DNA from: Clostridia bacterium
GTDB lineage: Bacteria; Bacillota; Clostridia; Christensenellales; QALW01
Direction of reading: 5' to 3'
Assembly: GCA_017502165.1 (NCBI GenBank)
Contig: JAFVVO010000025.1
Span: 8,854-72,853 of the forward strand
DNA: 64,000 bases
Shown: positions 6,400 to 15,488 of the stretch, piece after piece
Position numbering within the stretch: the first letter of the stretch is position 1
Layout: each line of letters begins with the position of its first letter
Made by a program: the position numbers and the translations under genes
The notes under the pieces: generated by a model
The model's database searches: none
Told to the model about the DNA's origin: nothing
Seen by the model: the letters and a program-made list of their open reading frames with translations, nothing else

Positions 6400-9288
6400 A
6401 TGAGTGACTTTTCCGTTTCAAAGCGTAGCAATGCGAAAATTTATGACCTGCGTATAAATGACCTTTATGCGCCTATGGGTATTGACAGCTCCAACCCCGT
6501 TTTCAGCTGGAAAATGGCGTCGGAGAATATAGGCGCAAGGCAGACGGCATATTCCGTTACCGTTTCCGATGAGAATGGAAGCTCTGTTTGGGAAACGGGC
6601 TGGGTCCAAAGCGATGCTTCTATCGGTATTCGGTATGAGGGCAAAAGGCTTGAAGAGGCAACAAAATATTTCGTTCTAGTTAAAATCAAGGACGAAACGG
6701 GCGCGTTGCTTGAGGCAAGCAGTTGCTTTGAAATGGGGCTTTTAGGTGAAAATCCCTTTAAGGAAGCCAAATGGATCGTCATTGACGAAAACGAAAAAAA
6801 GGAAGGCAATCTTCCTGCTATGCGAAAGTCGTTCGTACTGCAGGACAAGGAGATTGTACGGGCACGGCTCTACGTTTGCGCCTTAGGCGTTTACGAGGCG
6901 TATATAAACGGCAATCGTATCAGTCGCGCTTTGGAAAACGGGGAAGAGTATTTTGAAGAATTAAAGCCCGGCTACACTCAAATGGAGGACAGAAAGCTCT
7001 ACAGCACCTTTGACGTTGGCTCAATGCTTTTCAAAGGGCAGGAAAACGTTATTTCCTCTATTGTAACTTCAGGCTGGTGGAACGGTCCCGTGGTTCAGTT
7101 TATGATGCCTGATTCTTTGTGCTTTAAGGAAAACGGATTTTTGGCAAAGCTGGTAATTACCTACTGTGACGGAACCCGGACCGTGCTTGATACGGATGAA
7201 ACCTGGAAGGCATCTCGCGCCTCTGCTTATCAGGAGGGAACAGGCATCTGGGAGGGAGAGGTTTTCGACGCTTCCGTTGACCAAGGCTGGATGCTTCCCG
7301 GCTATTGCGACGCTAATTGGCAAAGGGTAAAATTCAATACTGAATTTAAGGGAAAAATCTGTGCTTTTGCCGACGTTCCCGTTACCGTTCGCAAGGATTT
7401 GGAGCGAAAGGCAGAAAAAATCACCGTTTACAAGGGCGCCTGCGACGTTAAGGAAGGCTTCTACGGAAAAATCAACGTTGAAAGCACGCAGGATTATATC
7501 AGCGAGCAAGGAATACGTATCCAACCCGACCAAACTCTGCTGGTAGATTTCGGACAAAACTTTTCGGGCTGGGAAAGAATGAGATTAAAGGCTGAAAAGG
7601 GCACGAGAGTTTTCGTTAAGCACGGCGAAATGCTGAACGACAACAACGGACAGATTTCCCGTCAGAACGACGGTCCCGAGGGTAGCCTTTACAACATAAA
7701 TTACACAAAAAATACTTCTACCGTAGGAAGAACAATTTATTTCGCTTCGGGAGATCCAAACGGGGAAAGCTATCATCCTACCTTTACCTTCTACGGCTTC
7801 AGATATATTGAAATTACGGCTGATAAGCCTATCACTCTATACGAAATTGCAGGTGAGGTTGTCAGCTCCGCGTATAAAGATACGGGAATATTAACCACCT
7901 CCGATGAGGCGGTTAACAAGCTGATTTCCAACGCCCGTTGGGGTATGTACTCAAATTATCTGTCAGTTCCCACGGACTGTCCTCAGCGCGATGAAAGGCA
8001 GGGCTGGACGGCGGACACCCAAAACTTTGCCGAGGCAGGCTGTTATCTTAACGATTCCAAGAGCTTTCTTCGCAAGTTTATGCAGGACGTTCGTGATGCC
8101 CAGGATTCTGCTACGGGCTCTATCCCGGGCGTAGCGCCTACGGGCTACAAAAACGGCGCCCGTTGGGGCGTTGTAGGCTGGGCAGACGCAGTTGTGCTTA
8201 TTCCCTGGTTCTTATATCTTATGTACGGCGACGCCTCCGTTATTAAAGAAAATTGGGACGCTATGCAGCTCTTTATGGATACATATATGGCTTCTACAAA
8301 CGGTTGCGGCGGCGCATACGGCACGTTTTTAGGCCCCGACGGCGAGAGGCAGGGAGCATACGGCGATTGGCTTTCCCTTGAAAATGACGGACAAGAGGTT
8401 TCAGACAGAATAAGCGTTGCCTATTACGCCTGGGACGCTGTCCTGATGGCTAAAATGGCAAAAATCATCGGCAAGGATAAGGCAACTGAAGAAAAATATC
8501 AGGCGTTGTTCGAGAAAGAAAAGGAGCTGTTCATTTCCCGTTACGTAAAGGAAAACGGCGAGGTTGACCTGCCTACCCAGTCAGTTTGCCTGCACGCTCT
8601 TTATTTAGATTTGTTGCCTGATGAAAATTCTGTTGAAGCCGTTACAAAACAGTTGCTTGCAAATATTGAAAGCAAGGGCAACAAGCTTTATACGGGCTTT
8701 TTAGGCACTGAAATTATTATGCACACCTTAACCAAGATTGGCAAAAGCGACGTGGCTTTCCGCTTGCTTTTGCAACACGAATTTCCTTCCTGGCTCTATT
8801 CCGTTGACCAGGGCGCCACTACCATCTGGGAAAGATGGAATTCCTACACCTTGGAAAACGGCTTCTTCGGCAAGCACCCCGGCGGAAACTCCTTTAACCA
8901 TTACAGCTACGGAAGCGTTGTTGCCTGGATGTTCAGAGCAATGGCAGGTATCAGCTATGACGAGGAAAAGCCCGGCTTTAAGCATATCGTGCTTATGCCT
9001 CAAAGAGATGCGTCATTGCCCGTTGTTACGGCTTCCTATGATTCCGCTTACGGAAAAATCGTAAGCGCTTTGCGTCAAGAAAAAGACCTTTGGTATTTTG
9101 ATGCAGAAATTCCTGCAAACACCTCCGCAACGATTTTGTTGCCTACTGAGGAAAAAGAAAGCATTCGCATTTGCGGAAAGGAAATAACGGAAAATATCCC
9201 CGGCATTTTCTTTGAAAAATATGATGAAAACAAAAAAACCGCCATATTTAAGGCGGTAGCAGGAAAATATTCCTTCTGTGCAAAATAG
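6400..9288 (+). CDS. alpha-L-rhamnosidase (GH78)
   Basis: 962 aa. Contains PTDCPQRDERQGWTADTQ and the typical Bac_rhamnosid N-terminal and six-hairpin layout. Confidence 0.85.
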   Translation: MSDFSVSKRSNAKIYDLRINDLYAPMGIDSSNPVFSWKMASENIGARQTAYSVTVSDENGSSVWETGWVQSDASIGIRYEGKRLEEATKYFVLVKIKDETGALLEASSCFEMGLLGENPFKEAKWIVIDENEKKEGNLPAMRKSFVLQDKEIVRARLYVCALGVYEAYINGNRISRALENGEEYFEELKPGYTQMEDRKLYSTFDVGSMLFKGQENVISSIVTSGWWNGPVVQFMMPDSLCFKENGFLAKLVITYCDGTRTVLDTDETWKASRASAYQEGTGIWEGEVFDASVDQGWMLPGYCDANWQRVKFNTEFKGKICAFADVPVTVRKDLERKAEKITVYKGACDVKEGFYGKINVESTQDYISEQGIRIQPDQTLLVDFGQNFSGWERMRLKAEKGTRVFVKHGEMLNDNNGQISRQNDGPEGSLYNINYTKNTSTVGRTIYFASGDPNGESYHPTFTFYGFRYIEITADKPITLYEIAGEVVSSAYKDTGILTTSDEAVNKLISNARWGMYSNYLSVPTDCPQRDERQGWTADTQNFAEAGCYLNDSKSFLRKFMQDVRDAQDSATGSIPGVAPTGYKNGARWGVVGWADAVVLIPWFLYLMYGDASVIKENWDAMQLFMDTYMASTNGCGGAYGTFLGPDGERQGAYGDWLSLENDGQEVSDRISVAYYAWDAVLMAKMAKIIGKDKATEEKYQALFEKEKELFISRYVKENGEVDLPTQSVCLHALYLDLLPDENSVEAVTKQLLANIESKGNKLYTGFLGTEIIMHTLTKIGKSDVAFRLLLQHEFPSWLYSVDQGATTIWERWNSYTLENGFFGKHPGGNSFNHYSYGSVVAWMFRAMAGISYDEEKPGFKHIVLMPQRDASLPVVTASYDSAYGKIVSALRQEKDLWYFDAEIPANTSATILLPTEEKESIRICGKEITENIPGIFFEKYDENKKTAIFKAVAGKYSFCAK

Positions 9289-9346
9289 TGCCTGTTACAC
9301 TCAGATTATAAAAAACGCACTCTGAATAACTTCAGAGTGCGTTTTG

Positions 9347-9865
9347 TTATTTTATTTGCAATAGCTTTTTTGCGTATTCAAACAACTTTATTGCGGGGAT
9401 AGTTAAAAAACCCCAAACAAAATTGCTTACGCCGTGGATAGCGTCAAATCCAAGACCGCGAAGCATCCAAACAATCCAACCGTTTACGTCAAGCCCCGAA
9501 AACAATGCTTCCGCAGGGGAATAAAGGATTCCGAACAAAAACCCGTGCAAAGCGGAAATACAAGCGTAAACAAAAGGCTTGACCTTCTCGGGAAGGGTTT
9601 TGGGTAAAAGCATAGTTAAACCCCAAAGAGGCGCCCAGATGTAAAGGTATGGAATCCACCAGACGTTAAAACCTGAAAATACGCCTTCAAGAAAAACGTA
9701 AACGTAAATGGGGTATAATGCCTTAAAGCGAAACACCACCGTCATAGCAACGATGAGCACGCCGTTTAAGTGTACGTTTGGGAGAAATTCCATCATCAGC
9801 TGAAGAACGTACATCAAGCCTCCAAGTAAGCCGAACAGTACAATTTCCCGAACGTTTATTTTCAT
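9347..9865 (-). CDS. Small polytopic membrane protein, ECF S-component-like; putative corrinoid transporter component
   Basis: 172 aa with 5-6 TM segments. It overlaps the upstream DUF4430 gene (ATGA) and lies behind a cobalamin riboswitch. Confidence 0.5.
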   Translation of the reverse strand: MKINVREIVLFGLLGGLMYVLQLMMEFLPNVHLNGVLIVAMTVVFRFKALYPIYVYVFLEGVFSGFNVWWIPYLYIWAPLWGLTMLLPKTLPEKVKPFVYACISALHGFLFGILYSPAEALFSGLDVNGWIVWMLRGLGFDAIHGVSNFVWGFLTIPAIKLFEYAKKLLQIK

Positions 9866-10293
9866 GCCTTCTCCGCCTTAAAGGTGTAGGTTTTATCTGC
9901 CTCAATGCTTGTTGAGTCTGCGCCTGAGGAAGCATATCCGCCGTCAACGTAGAATGACCAGTAGGCCTTATCGGCATCATAATCAAGAGTTTTTCCGTTA
10001 ACCGATTTAACGTATAAGCCGAATTGCTCAGAATCACCTGCAATAATTTCGGCGTCTAACAGAGCTTCGCCAACGGTAGCCTTGTCGGTTTTTACGGTAA
10101 CCTTGGTCTCGTTGCCCGATAGGTCAATAACGGAAAACGCAAATTCCGTTGCGCCTACGCCGTAGGTTTCGCCGTCTGTCAGAGTAATGGTGGAATATTT
10201 GTTGTCTTGACAACCTGAGAAAAGTGCCATAGCCGCAATAAGCACAATACAAAGGCATAAAGACAGTAACTTGGTAGCATTTGTCTTTTTCAT
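9862..10293 (-). CDS. DUF4430 domain lipoprotein (transcobalamin-like corrinoid-binding fold)
   Basis: 143 aa with lipobox LFSGC. The sequence pattern is typical of DUF4430. It is the first gene after the cobalamin riboswitch. Confidence 0.7.
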   Translation of the reverse strand: MKKTNATKLLSLCLCIVLIAAMALFSGCQDNKYSTITLTDGETYGVGATEFAFSVIDLSGNETKVTVKTDKATVGEALLDAEIIAGDSEQFGLYVKSVNGKTLDYDADKAYWSFYVDGGYASSGADSTSIEADKTYTFKAEKA

Positions 10294-10334
10294 ATTGTTT
10301 TCTCCTTAAATTTTATTTCCCTAAGCGGTTTTAA

Positions 10335-10535
10335 CAAAATCGGCGCTCGCGATTATTTTCTTAAGGCTGACACAAGAAAAGTATTTCGACTCTATGCATA
10401 TCCGTTCAGGATGCGTTTTTCGCCTTCTCGGAATTTTCCAATGGCTTGTCCCTTGCTTGCGGCGCAAGGTAGAAAAACGCGTTTAGCATATCACGGCGAC
10501 GGGCTCGTGCAGGATTTTCACCTGCTTCCGTTTCT
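10335..10535 (-). promoter_or_regulatory. Cobalamin (B12) riboswitch
   Basis: The minus strand reads GGAAGCAGGTGAAAATCCTGCACGAGCCCGTCGCCGTGA ... AGCCATTGGAAAATTCCGAGAAGGCG. This matches the conserved GGTGAAAATCC / CCCGCCACTGT core and the B12-box region. It lies in the 5' leader of 10293..9347. Confidence 0.75.
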
Positions 10536-10575
10536 TGTGCAAAAATAGTTTATCATATTTGCTTTTTTAATGCAA

Positions 10576-10599
10576 CAAAAAACCCCGCTTTTGCGGGGC
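10576..10599 (-). terminator. Intrinsic terminator of the isomerase gene
   Basis: CCCCGCaaaaGCGGGG followed by a T-run on the minus strand. Confidence 0.7.
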
Positions 10600-10604
10600 A
10601 AGAT

Positions 10605-11468
10605 TTAATTTTCGTCTGCTAAAGAAATTACGTGGTCTGCAATCCCCTTTAACAGCTTTATTACCATAGTGTATAAATGCTCCGGCAGCTGCTGCTTGGG
10701 CGAAATTTCAAGCTCGAATAAGCCGTCAAACTTGATTTCCTTAAGTGCCTTGCTGAAGGATGCCCAATCGGTGTTTCCTTGGGTGGGGAAAAGGTGAAGG
10801 TCCATATTATAGAAGTTATCGTGCACGTGAAGCACCTTAAGATATTTTGCAGTTGTTTTCACGCAGGAATCCATGGTTAACTCATTATAAATATTTGCGT
10901 GGCCCGTATCCAAGCATACCTGACAGTTAGGATGGTTTACTGCCTCAACAACCTTTACAATATCAGCGGGCTTTGCTACGGAGAAATTAAGCATAGGCAT
11001 ATTTTCAAAGCAAAGAATAACGTTATTTTCGGCAGCAAACTCGGTTAATTCCTTCATAACGCGTACGTTGGTTTCAAAGGAAATTTTAGATTTTTCACTA
11101 TCGTTAATTTCATTTATTCCGCAGGGCAGGAAGGGATGCACAACGCAATATTCAGCACCTAAAACCTTGGTGTTGTGAATAGCGCGTTTGGTATCCTTGA
11201 TTTTTTGATTCAAGCCTTCTTCGGTTTCATCGGGCCACGGAACTCTCCAGGGGCCGTGGCAATGGGAAAATTTAAGACCTGCTTTTTCTGCCTTTTCCCT
11301 TTCTGAAAGCAAATACGGGTCCATTTCTTCTTCGGGTTTAGTGTATAGAGAGCTGTAAATGGTATCGCACATTGCCCAGCAAACTGCATCAAAGCCGTAT
11401 TCTACAATTTTGTTATATTTGTCTTCACCGTAGCGTGAAAAGTTCTTTTGGTCCATTGTAATCTTCAT
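10605..11468 (-). CDS. Sugar phosphate isomerase/epimerase (xylose isomerase-like TIM barrel)
   Basis: AP_endonuc_2-like pattern (HVHD, LFELE). Start set at ATG 11468 (MKITMDQ), downstream of GAAGGAGAA. Confidence 0.75.
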   Translation of the reverse strand: MKITMDQKNFSRYGEDKYNKIVEYGFDAVCWAMCDTIYSSLYTKPEEEMDPYLLSEREKAEKAGLKFSHCHGPWRVPWPDETEEGLNQKIKDTKRAIHNTKVLGAEYCVVHPFLPCGINEINDSEKSKISFETNVRVMKELTEFAAENNVILCFENMPMLNFSVAKPADIVKVVEAVNHPNCQVCLDTGHANIYNELTMDSCVKTTAKYLKVLHVHDNFYNMDLHLFPTQGNTDWASFSKALKEIKFDGLFELEISPKQQLPEHLYTMVIKLLKGIADHVISLADEN

Positions 11469-11584
11469 AGTAGTTCTCCTTCTAACGCGATAATTATCAA
11501 ATTTATTATATAACATCAAAGAGCAAAGTCAATACCAATAACACAAAAATTTCTCCACTTTTATTATATTTTTGGTGGAAATTA

Positions 11585-12406
11585 CTATGTTCGGAAATTT
11601 TTTGGTGACGTGCCGGTTAGGCGGGTAAAGGTTTTGTAAAAGCCGGAGCTGGACTTAAAGCCAAACCTTAGGGCAATATCCAAAATGTTTTCGTTTGTGC
11701 GGTTAAGCTCTAAAATAATACTGTTAATTCGCCTTGTGGCAACGTAATCTCCAAAGGAAATCCCGGCATTTTTCCTAAAGCTCTGGGAAAAGTGAGCTTG
11801 AGAAAAGCCGAAATGCTTTGCAGCAGCACAAAGCGTCAGATCGCCGTCCAAATTAGAGGAAACGTACTGCATAACGCTTGATACAAAGGCGTCACCCTTA
11901 ACGGCGCCGCCGTTTTTTTCCTTGCCGAAGGCACGGGCAACTAAAAGCGCCATACGAATCAAGGTGTTAACTATTAAATCATCTTTATAAGGCTCGTCCT
12001 TTTCCAAGGAATATTTGCGCAAAAGAGCAAAGCAGGCGCAAATTTCCTTTTTTGCGTTTTCGGAGCCTATTTTGTTTGAAAAACCGTCGGGACGGGAAAA
12101 GAAAATTTCCGTACAGCCTCCAAAGGAGCCCAAGGAAGAGGGCAGAAAATTCACCTGCTCAAGAGTTACATCCTCGTCGGCAGAGGTTATTTTTCTGAAA
12201 TCAAGCCGTGAAAAAATGAAAACGTCGTCTGCCGAAAATGCCACGGAGTCCTTGTTTATTTCCCAGGTTCCCTTTCCCTTTAAGATACGCACTATCTTAC
12301 ATTCGTTGTAGTTGTGAAGGGAATCCTTGTATTCGCTGTCAATGGTTTTTTCCTTGTAATAAATTTTAGAAACACCGTCGGCACTGCTTAAGGAATAAAG
12401 CATCAT
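11585..12406 (-). CDS. AraC family transcriptional regulator
   Basis: The C-terminus carries the HTH_18 pattern (FGFSQAHFSQSFRK...GFKSSSGFYKTFTR). Start set at ATG 12406. Confidence 0.8.
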   Translation of the reverse strand: MMLYSLSSADGVSKIYYKEKTIDSEYKDSLHNYNECKIVRILKGKGTWEINKDSVAFSADDVFIFSRLDFRKITSADEDVTLEQVNFLPSSLGSFGGCTEIFFSRPDGFSNKIGSENAKKEICACFALLRKYSLEKDEPYKDDLIVNTLIRMALLVARAFGKEKNGGAVKGDAFVSSVMQYVSSNLDGDLTLCAAAKHFGFSQAHFSQSFRKNAGISFGDYVATRRINSIILELNRTNENILDIALRFGFKSSSGFYKTFTRLTGTSPKNFRT

Positions 12407-12563
12407 TTTAATCACCCACCCAAATATTACCACATAAAAAGGGAAAAATCAATAAAATTCTCAAAAACAAAGCAGAAAAGTAGAGAAAAATCCCTTATAA
12501 GTAGTAGAAAAGGGCAAAAAAGTCTTGTACAATTAAAGTATAAAATTTTTTAGGAGACGTGTT

Positions 12564-14387
12564 ATGAGAAGAAAACAAAAAACTCTTGATTTTGATTTAG
12601 TAGTTGTTGGCGGAGGTATGACGGGTATCTGCGCCGCCATTGCCGCTGCAAGAAACGGCGCCAAGGTAGCCCTCGTTCACGGCAGAAGTGTCCTTGGCGG
12701 TAATGCTTCAAGTGAAATAAGAATTCACATAAATTCAGCAACGGACGGTTGCACAAAGCCTGATTTGGAGGAGGGCGGTATCTTAAACGAAATTATGCTC
12801 GAAAACAAGCGTAGAAATCCTTATTTCAGCTATTCCATCTGGGATAACGTGCTTTTCGAAAAGGTATATTTTCAGGAAAACCTTACTCTGTTTTTAGATA
12901 CCAATATGTATGACGTGCTCTGCGAAGATGATACCATAAAGGAAATTTACGCTTATCAGGATACTACGGAAACAAATTACGTTTTCCGCGCGCCGTATTT
13001 TGCTGACTGTACGGGTAACGGCACCCTTGGCTATTTTGCAGGGGCGGATTTTATGATTGGAAGCGAAACCAAGGATATGTATTCCGAGCCTCACGCACCT
13101 GAAAAGGCAGATAATTTCAGAATGGGCAATACCATTTTGTTCCGCGCGGTTGACAGAGGAGAGCCCGTAAAGTTCGAGCCTCCCGCCTTTGCTAAAAAGC
13201 TTACCGAGGACGATTTGAAGTTCCGCGTTCATTGCAAGAAGATTCCTGATTTCTCTATGGCAGAGGACCCCGAAGAATATGCAAGAACCTCCACAAGAAG
13301 CTCCGCAGGCGTCGATTACGGCTTCTGGTGGATTGAGCTTTGCGGTAAGGACGATATTATCGAAGAATTTGAAGATATCCGTACCGAGCTTTACGCTTGG
13401 CTTTACGGCGTGTGGGATCACATTAAAAACGGCGGTGACCACGGTGCCGAAAACTTTGATTTAGAGTGGGTAGGCGCGCTTCCCGGTATGCGCGAAAGCA
13501 GAAGATTAGTAGGCGACTACATTTTTAACGAATGTGACATCTGGGCGGCACGCTCCTTTGAGGACGCAGTTTGCCACGGCGGATGGAGCGTAGATTTCCA
13601 TACTCCCGGCGGTGTTCTTGATAAGGATCTTTTGCCCAGCGCAACGTGGGTTGTGCCCGGAACTTACACCATTCCTTACCGTAGCTTCTATTCTAAAAAC
13701 ATAAACAATCTGTTTATGGCAGGCAGAAACTTATCTGCTACCCGATTGGGCCTTGCAAGTACAAGAATTATCGGTACTTGCGCAGTTTGCGGTCAGGCAA
13801 TGGGAACTGCGGCGGCTCTTTGTGTGAAAAATGAAGTTTCACCAAGAGGACTGCTTAAGCATATTGACCAGCTTCAGCAAACGCTTCTTAAGGACGATTG
13901 CTTTATTCCCTGGGTTAAAAACCACGACGAAAAGGATATGGCTCTTTCTGCAGAAGTTTTCGCATCTAAAGAGCAGGCAGGTTTCCCTGCGCAAGACGTT
14001 ATCAACGGCGTTTCCCGTCACTTTGAGGGCGCATGGAACGGCTGGAAATGTGATGCAGGAGATAAGCTTACTCTTGCTTGGAAAGAGGCAAAAACTCTTT
14101 CGCAAATCCGCTTGACCTTTGACAGTGACTTTGCAACACCCATCAGAATTACCATGGCGCCTCTTCGTCAGGCACAGCAGAAAAAGGGACTTCCCAAGGT
14201 GCTTGTTAAGAGTTACCGTCTTAACTTTATTAAAAACGGCGAAACGGTTTTTGTTAAGGATGTTGACTCAGTTACAAGCCGACTTTCCGTTGCGGATTTT
14301 GAGCCCGTTACCTGCGATAAAGTAGAAATTGAAATTCTCTCAACCTACGGCGAAACAGGAACGATTTTTGAAGTAAGAGCGTATTAA
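12564..14387 (+). CDS. FAD-dependent oxidoreductase (FAD_oxidored-type) with C-terminal beta-rich domain
   Basis: N-terminal dinucleotide fold DLVVVGGGMTGICAAIAAARNG. 607 aa. Confidence 0.75.
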   Translation: MRRKQKTLDFDLVVVGGGMTGICAAIAAARNGAKVALVHGRSVLGGNASSEIRIHINSATDGCTKPDLEEGGILNEIMLENKRRNPYFSYSIWDNVLFEKVYFQENLTLFLDTNMYDVLCEDDTIKEIYAYQDTTETNYVFRAPYFADCTGNGTLGYFAGADFMIGSETKDMYSEPHAPEKADNFRMGNTILFRAVDRGEPVKFEPPAFAKKLTEDDLKFRVHCKKIPDFSMAEDPEEYARTSTRSSAGVDYGFWWIELCGKDDIIEEFEDIRTELYAWLYGVWDHIKNGGDHGAENFDLEWVGALPGMRESRRLVGDYIFNECDIWAARSFEDAVCHGGWSVDFHTPGGVLDKDLLPSATWVVPGTYTIPYRSFYSKNINNLFMAGRNLSATRLGLASTRIIGTCAVCGQAMGTAAALCVKNEVSPRGLLKHIDQLQQTLLKDDCFIPWVKNHDEKDMALSAEVFASKEQAGFPAQDVINGVSRHFEGAWNGWKCDAGDKLTLAWKEAKTLSQIRLTFDSDFATPIRITMAPLRQAQQKKGLPKVLVKSYRLNFIKNGETVFVKDVDSVTSRLSVADFEPVTCDKVEIEILSTYGETGTIFEVRAY

Positions 14388-14395
14388 AATATAGT

Positions 14396-14423
14396 AAAAA
14401 AGACGGCATCTGCCGTCTTTTTT
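14396..14423. terminator. Terminator hairpin; near-identical copy at 17192-17218
   Basis: AAAAAAGACGGCATCTGCCGTCTTTTTT, compared with AAAAAAGACGGCATTTGCCGTCTTTTT at the second site. Confidence 0.7.
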
Positions 14424-14481
14424 CTTTTCCTATAGGTAGGGGACGGCGCCTTCGACGTCCCGAGCACGTTGTGTTTGTAAG

Positions 14482-14575
14482 TTAATTTTCAAATTCCAGA
14501 ACAGTTTCCATTTCGTTAGTAAACTAATTCTTTTATCCCCAAATTTTATTTCAACGCAAGAATAGGGACCAAGCC
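14482..14575 (-). pseudogene. Decayed duplicate of the 3' end of the GNAT gene (compare 17217-17340)
   Basis: TTAATTTTCAAA (14482-14493) and ACAGTTTCCATTTCGTTA (14501-14518) exactly match 17217-17228 and 17236-17253. AAATTTTATTTC also recurs further on. Confidence 0.55.
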
Positions 14576-14671
14576 TTGTGTAAAAAGCTGTGTACGAAAT
14601 TTTATTCTTTATGTTTTTGTCTGTAGTTTAGTAATGAAAAATTATTGCTAAAAATTTTAAATTTTATTTTT

Positions 14672-14703
14672 AACCCTGACACTTGTTGTCAGGGTTGATT
14701 TTT
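14672..14703 (+). terminator. Hairpin plus T-run upstream of the island operon
   Basis: AACCCTGACA cttgt TGTCAGGGTT followed by GATTTTTA. Confidence 0.5.
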
Positions 14704-14797
14704 ATAATGAGGTTACAGCTGTAAGAAATCGGGACGCTGATTTCAAAAAAATAGTTACATTTTAAACAAAAAAATAAAATTATAGGAGGTAAATAAA

Positions 14798-15472
14798 ATG
14801 CGTACTATTTTCGGTGTTAGTTCAGCTACAACCATCAACAAAAAACTGAAAAATGGTTATACAATGTATGACTGGGTAAAAAGACAAAAATGCTTTCCTG
14901 CTTTTTGTATGAGAACACTTTGCGGTGAAGATAAAATCACTGCAGAAGAAATTGAGTTCTTAAAGGCAAGGGATTGCAAAATTGGTTTGGTTATTCGTGA
15001 CCTTACCGAAGCCAAGGTATCGGGTGTAAACGGTACAGAAGATGCTATTAAGGCAGTAGAATCTGCAAAAGAATTAGGTGTTCCGCAAAATGAGAGTATC
15101 GCTTTGTTTGCAGAAATCAAGCCTGAGTGGAGTGTAAACCATAACTGGATGATTTCATTTGCACAGTTTGTATCTGCTAACGGCTATATACCTGCATTTA
15201 TCGGTAATACCGATTCGTCTAAAAATTTTAACTTTGACCGTCAGTGCAGTCACTATGTGCAGGCAACAAAGGATGCAAATTACTTTGGTGCGCTCTTTAT
15301 GGCAACTGAGCCTAAGCTTGATACAATGCCCGAAGAATGGACACCTTATTGTCCGTCAGCATTAGAACCTGAGGATATGCACCTTTGGTCTTGCGGTACT
15401 ACTACCTTTGATTTTATTCAGGTAGAAGACGTATACGCTAAAGGCGAAAAAGTTCTTGAAAAAATGTGGTAA
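14798..15472 (+). CDS. DUF1906-like (glycoside-hydrolase-like TIM barrel, Rv2525c-type) protein
   Basis: 224 aa with RBS TAGGAGGT. The layout ...ITAEEIEFLKARDCKIGLVIRD...GTEDAIKAVESAKELGVPQNESIALFAEI... fits DUF1906. No signal peptide. Confidence 0.5.
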   Translation: MRTIFGVSSATTINKKLKNGYTMYDWVKRQKCFPAFCMRTLCGEDKITAEEIEFLKARDCKIGLVIRDLTEAKVSGVNGTEDAIKAVESAKELGVPQNESIALFAEIKPEWSVNHNWMISFAQFVSANGYIPAFIGNTDSSKNFNFDRQCSHYVQATKDANYFGALFMATEPKLDTMPEEWTPYCPSALEPEDMHLWSCGTTTFDFIQVEDVYAKGEKVLEKMW

Positions 15473-15488
15473 AGGAGGTATAATAAAA

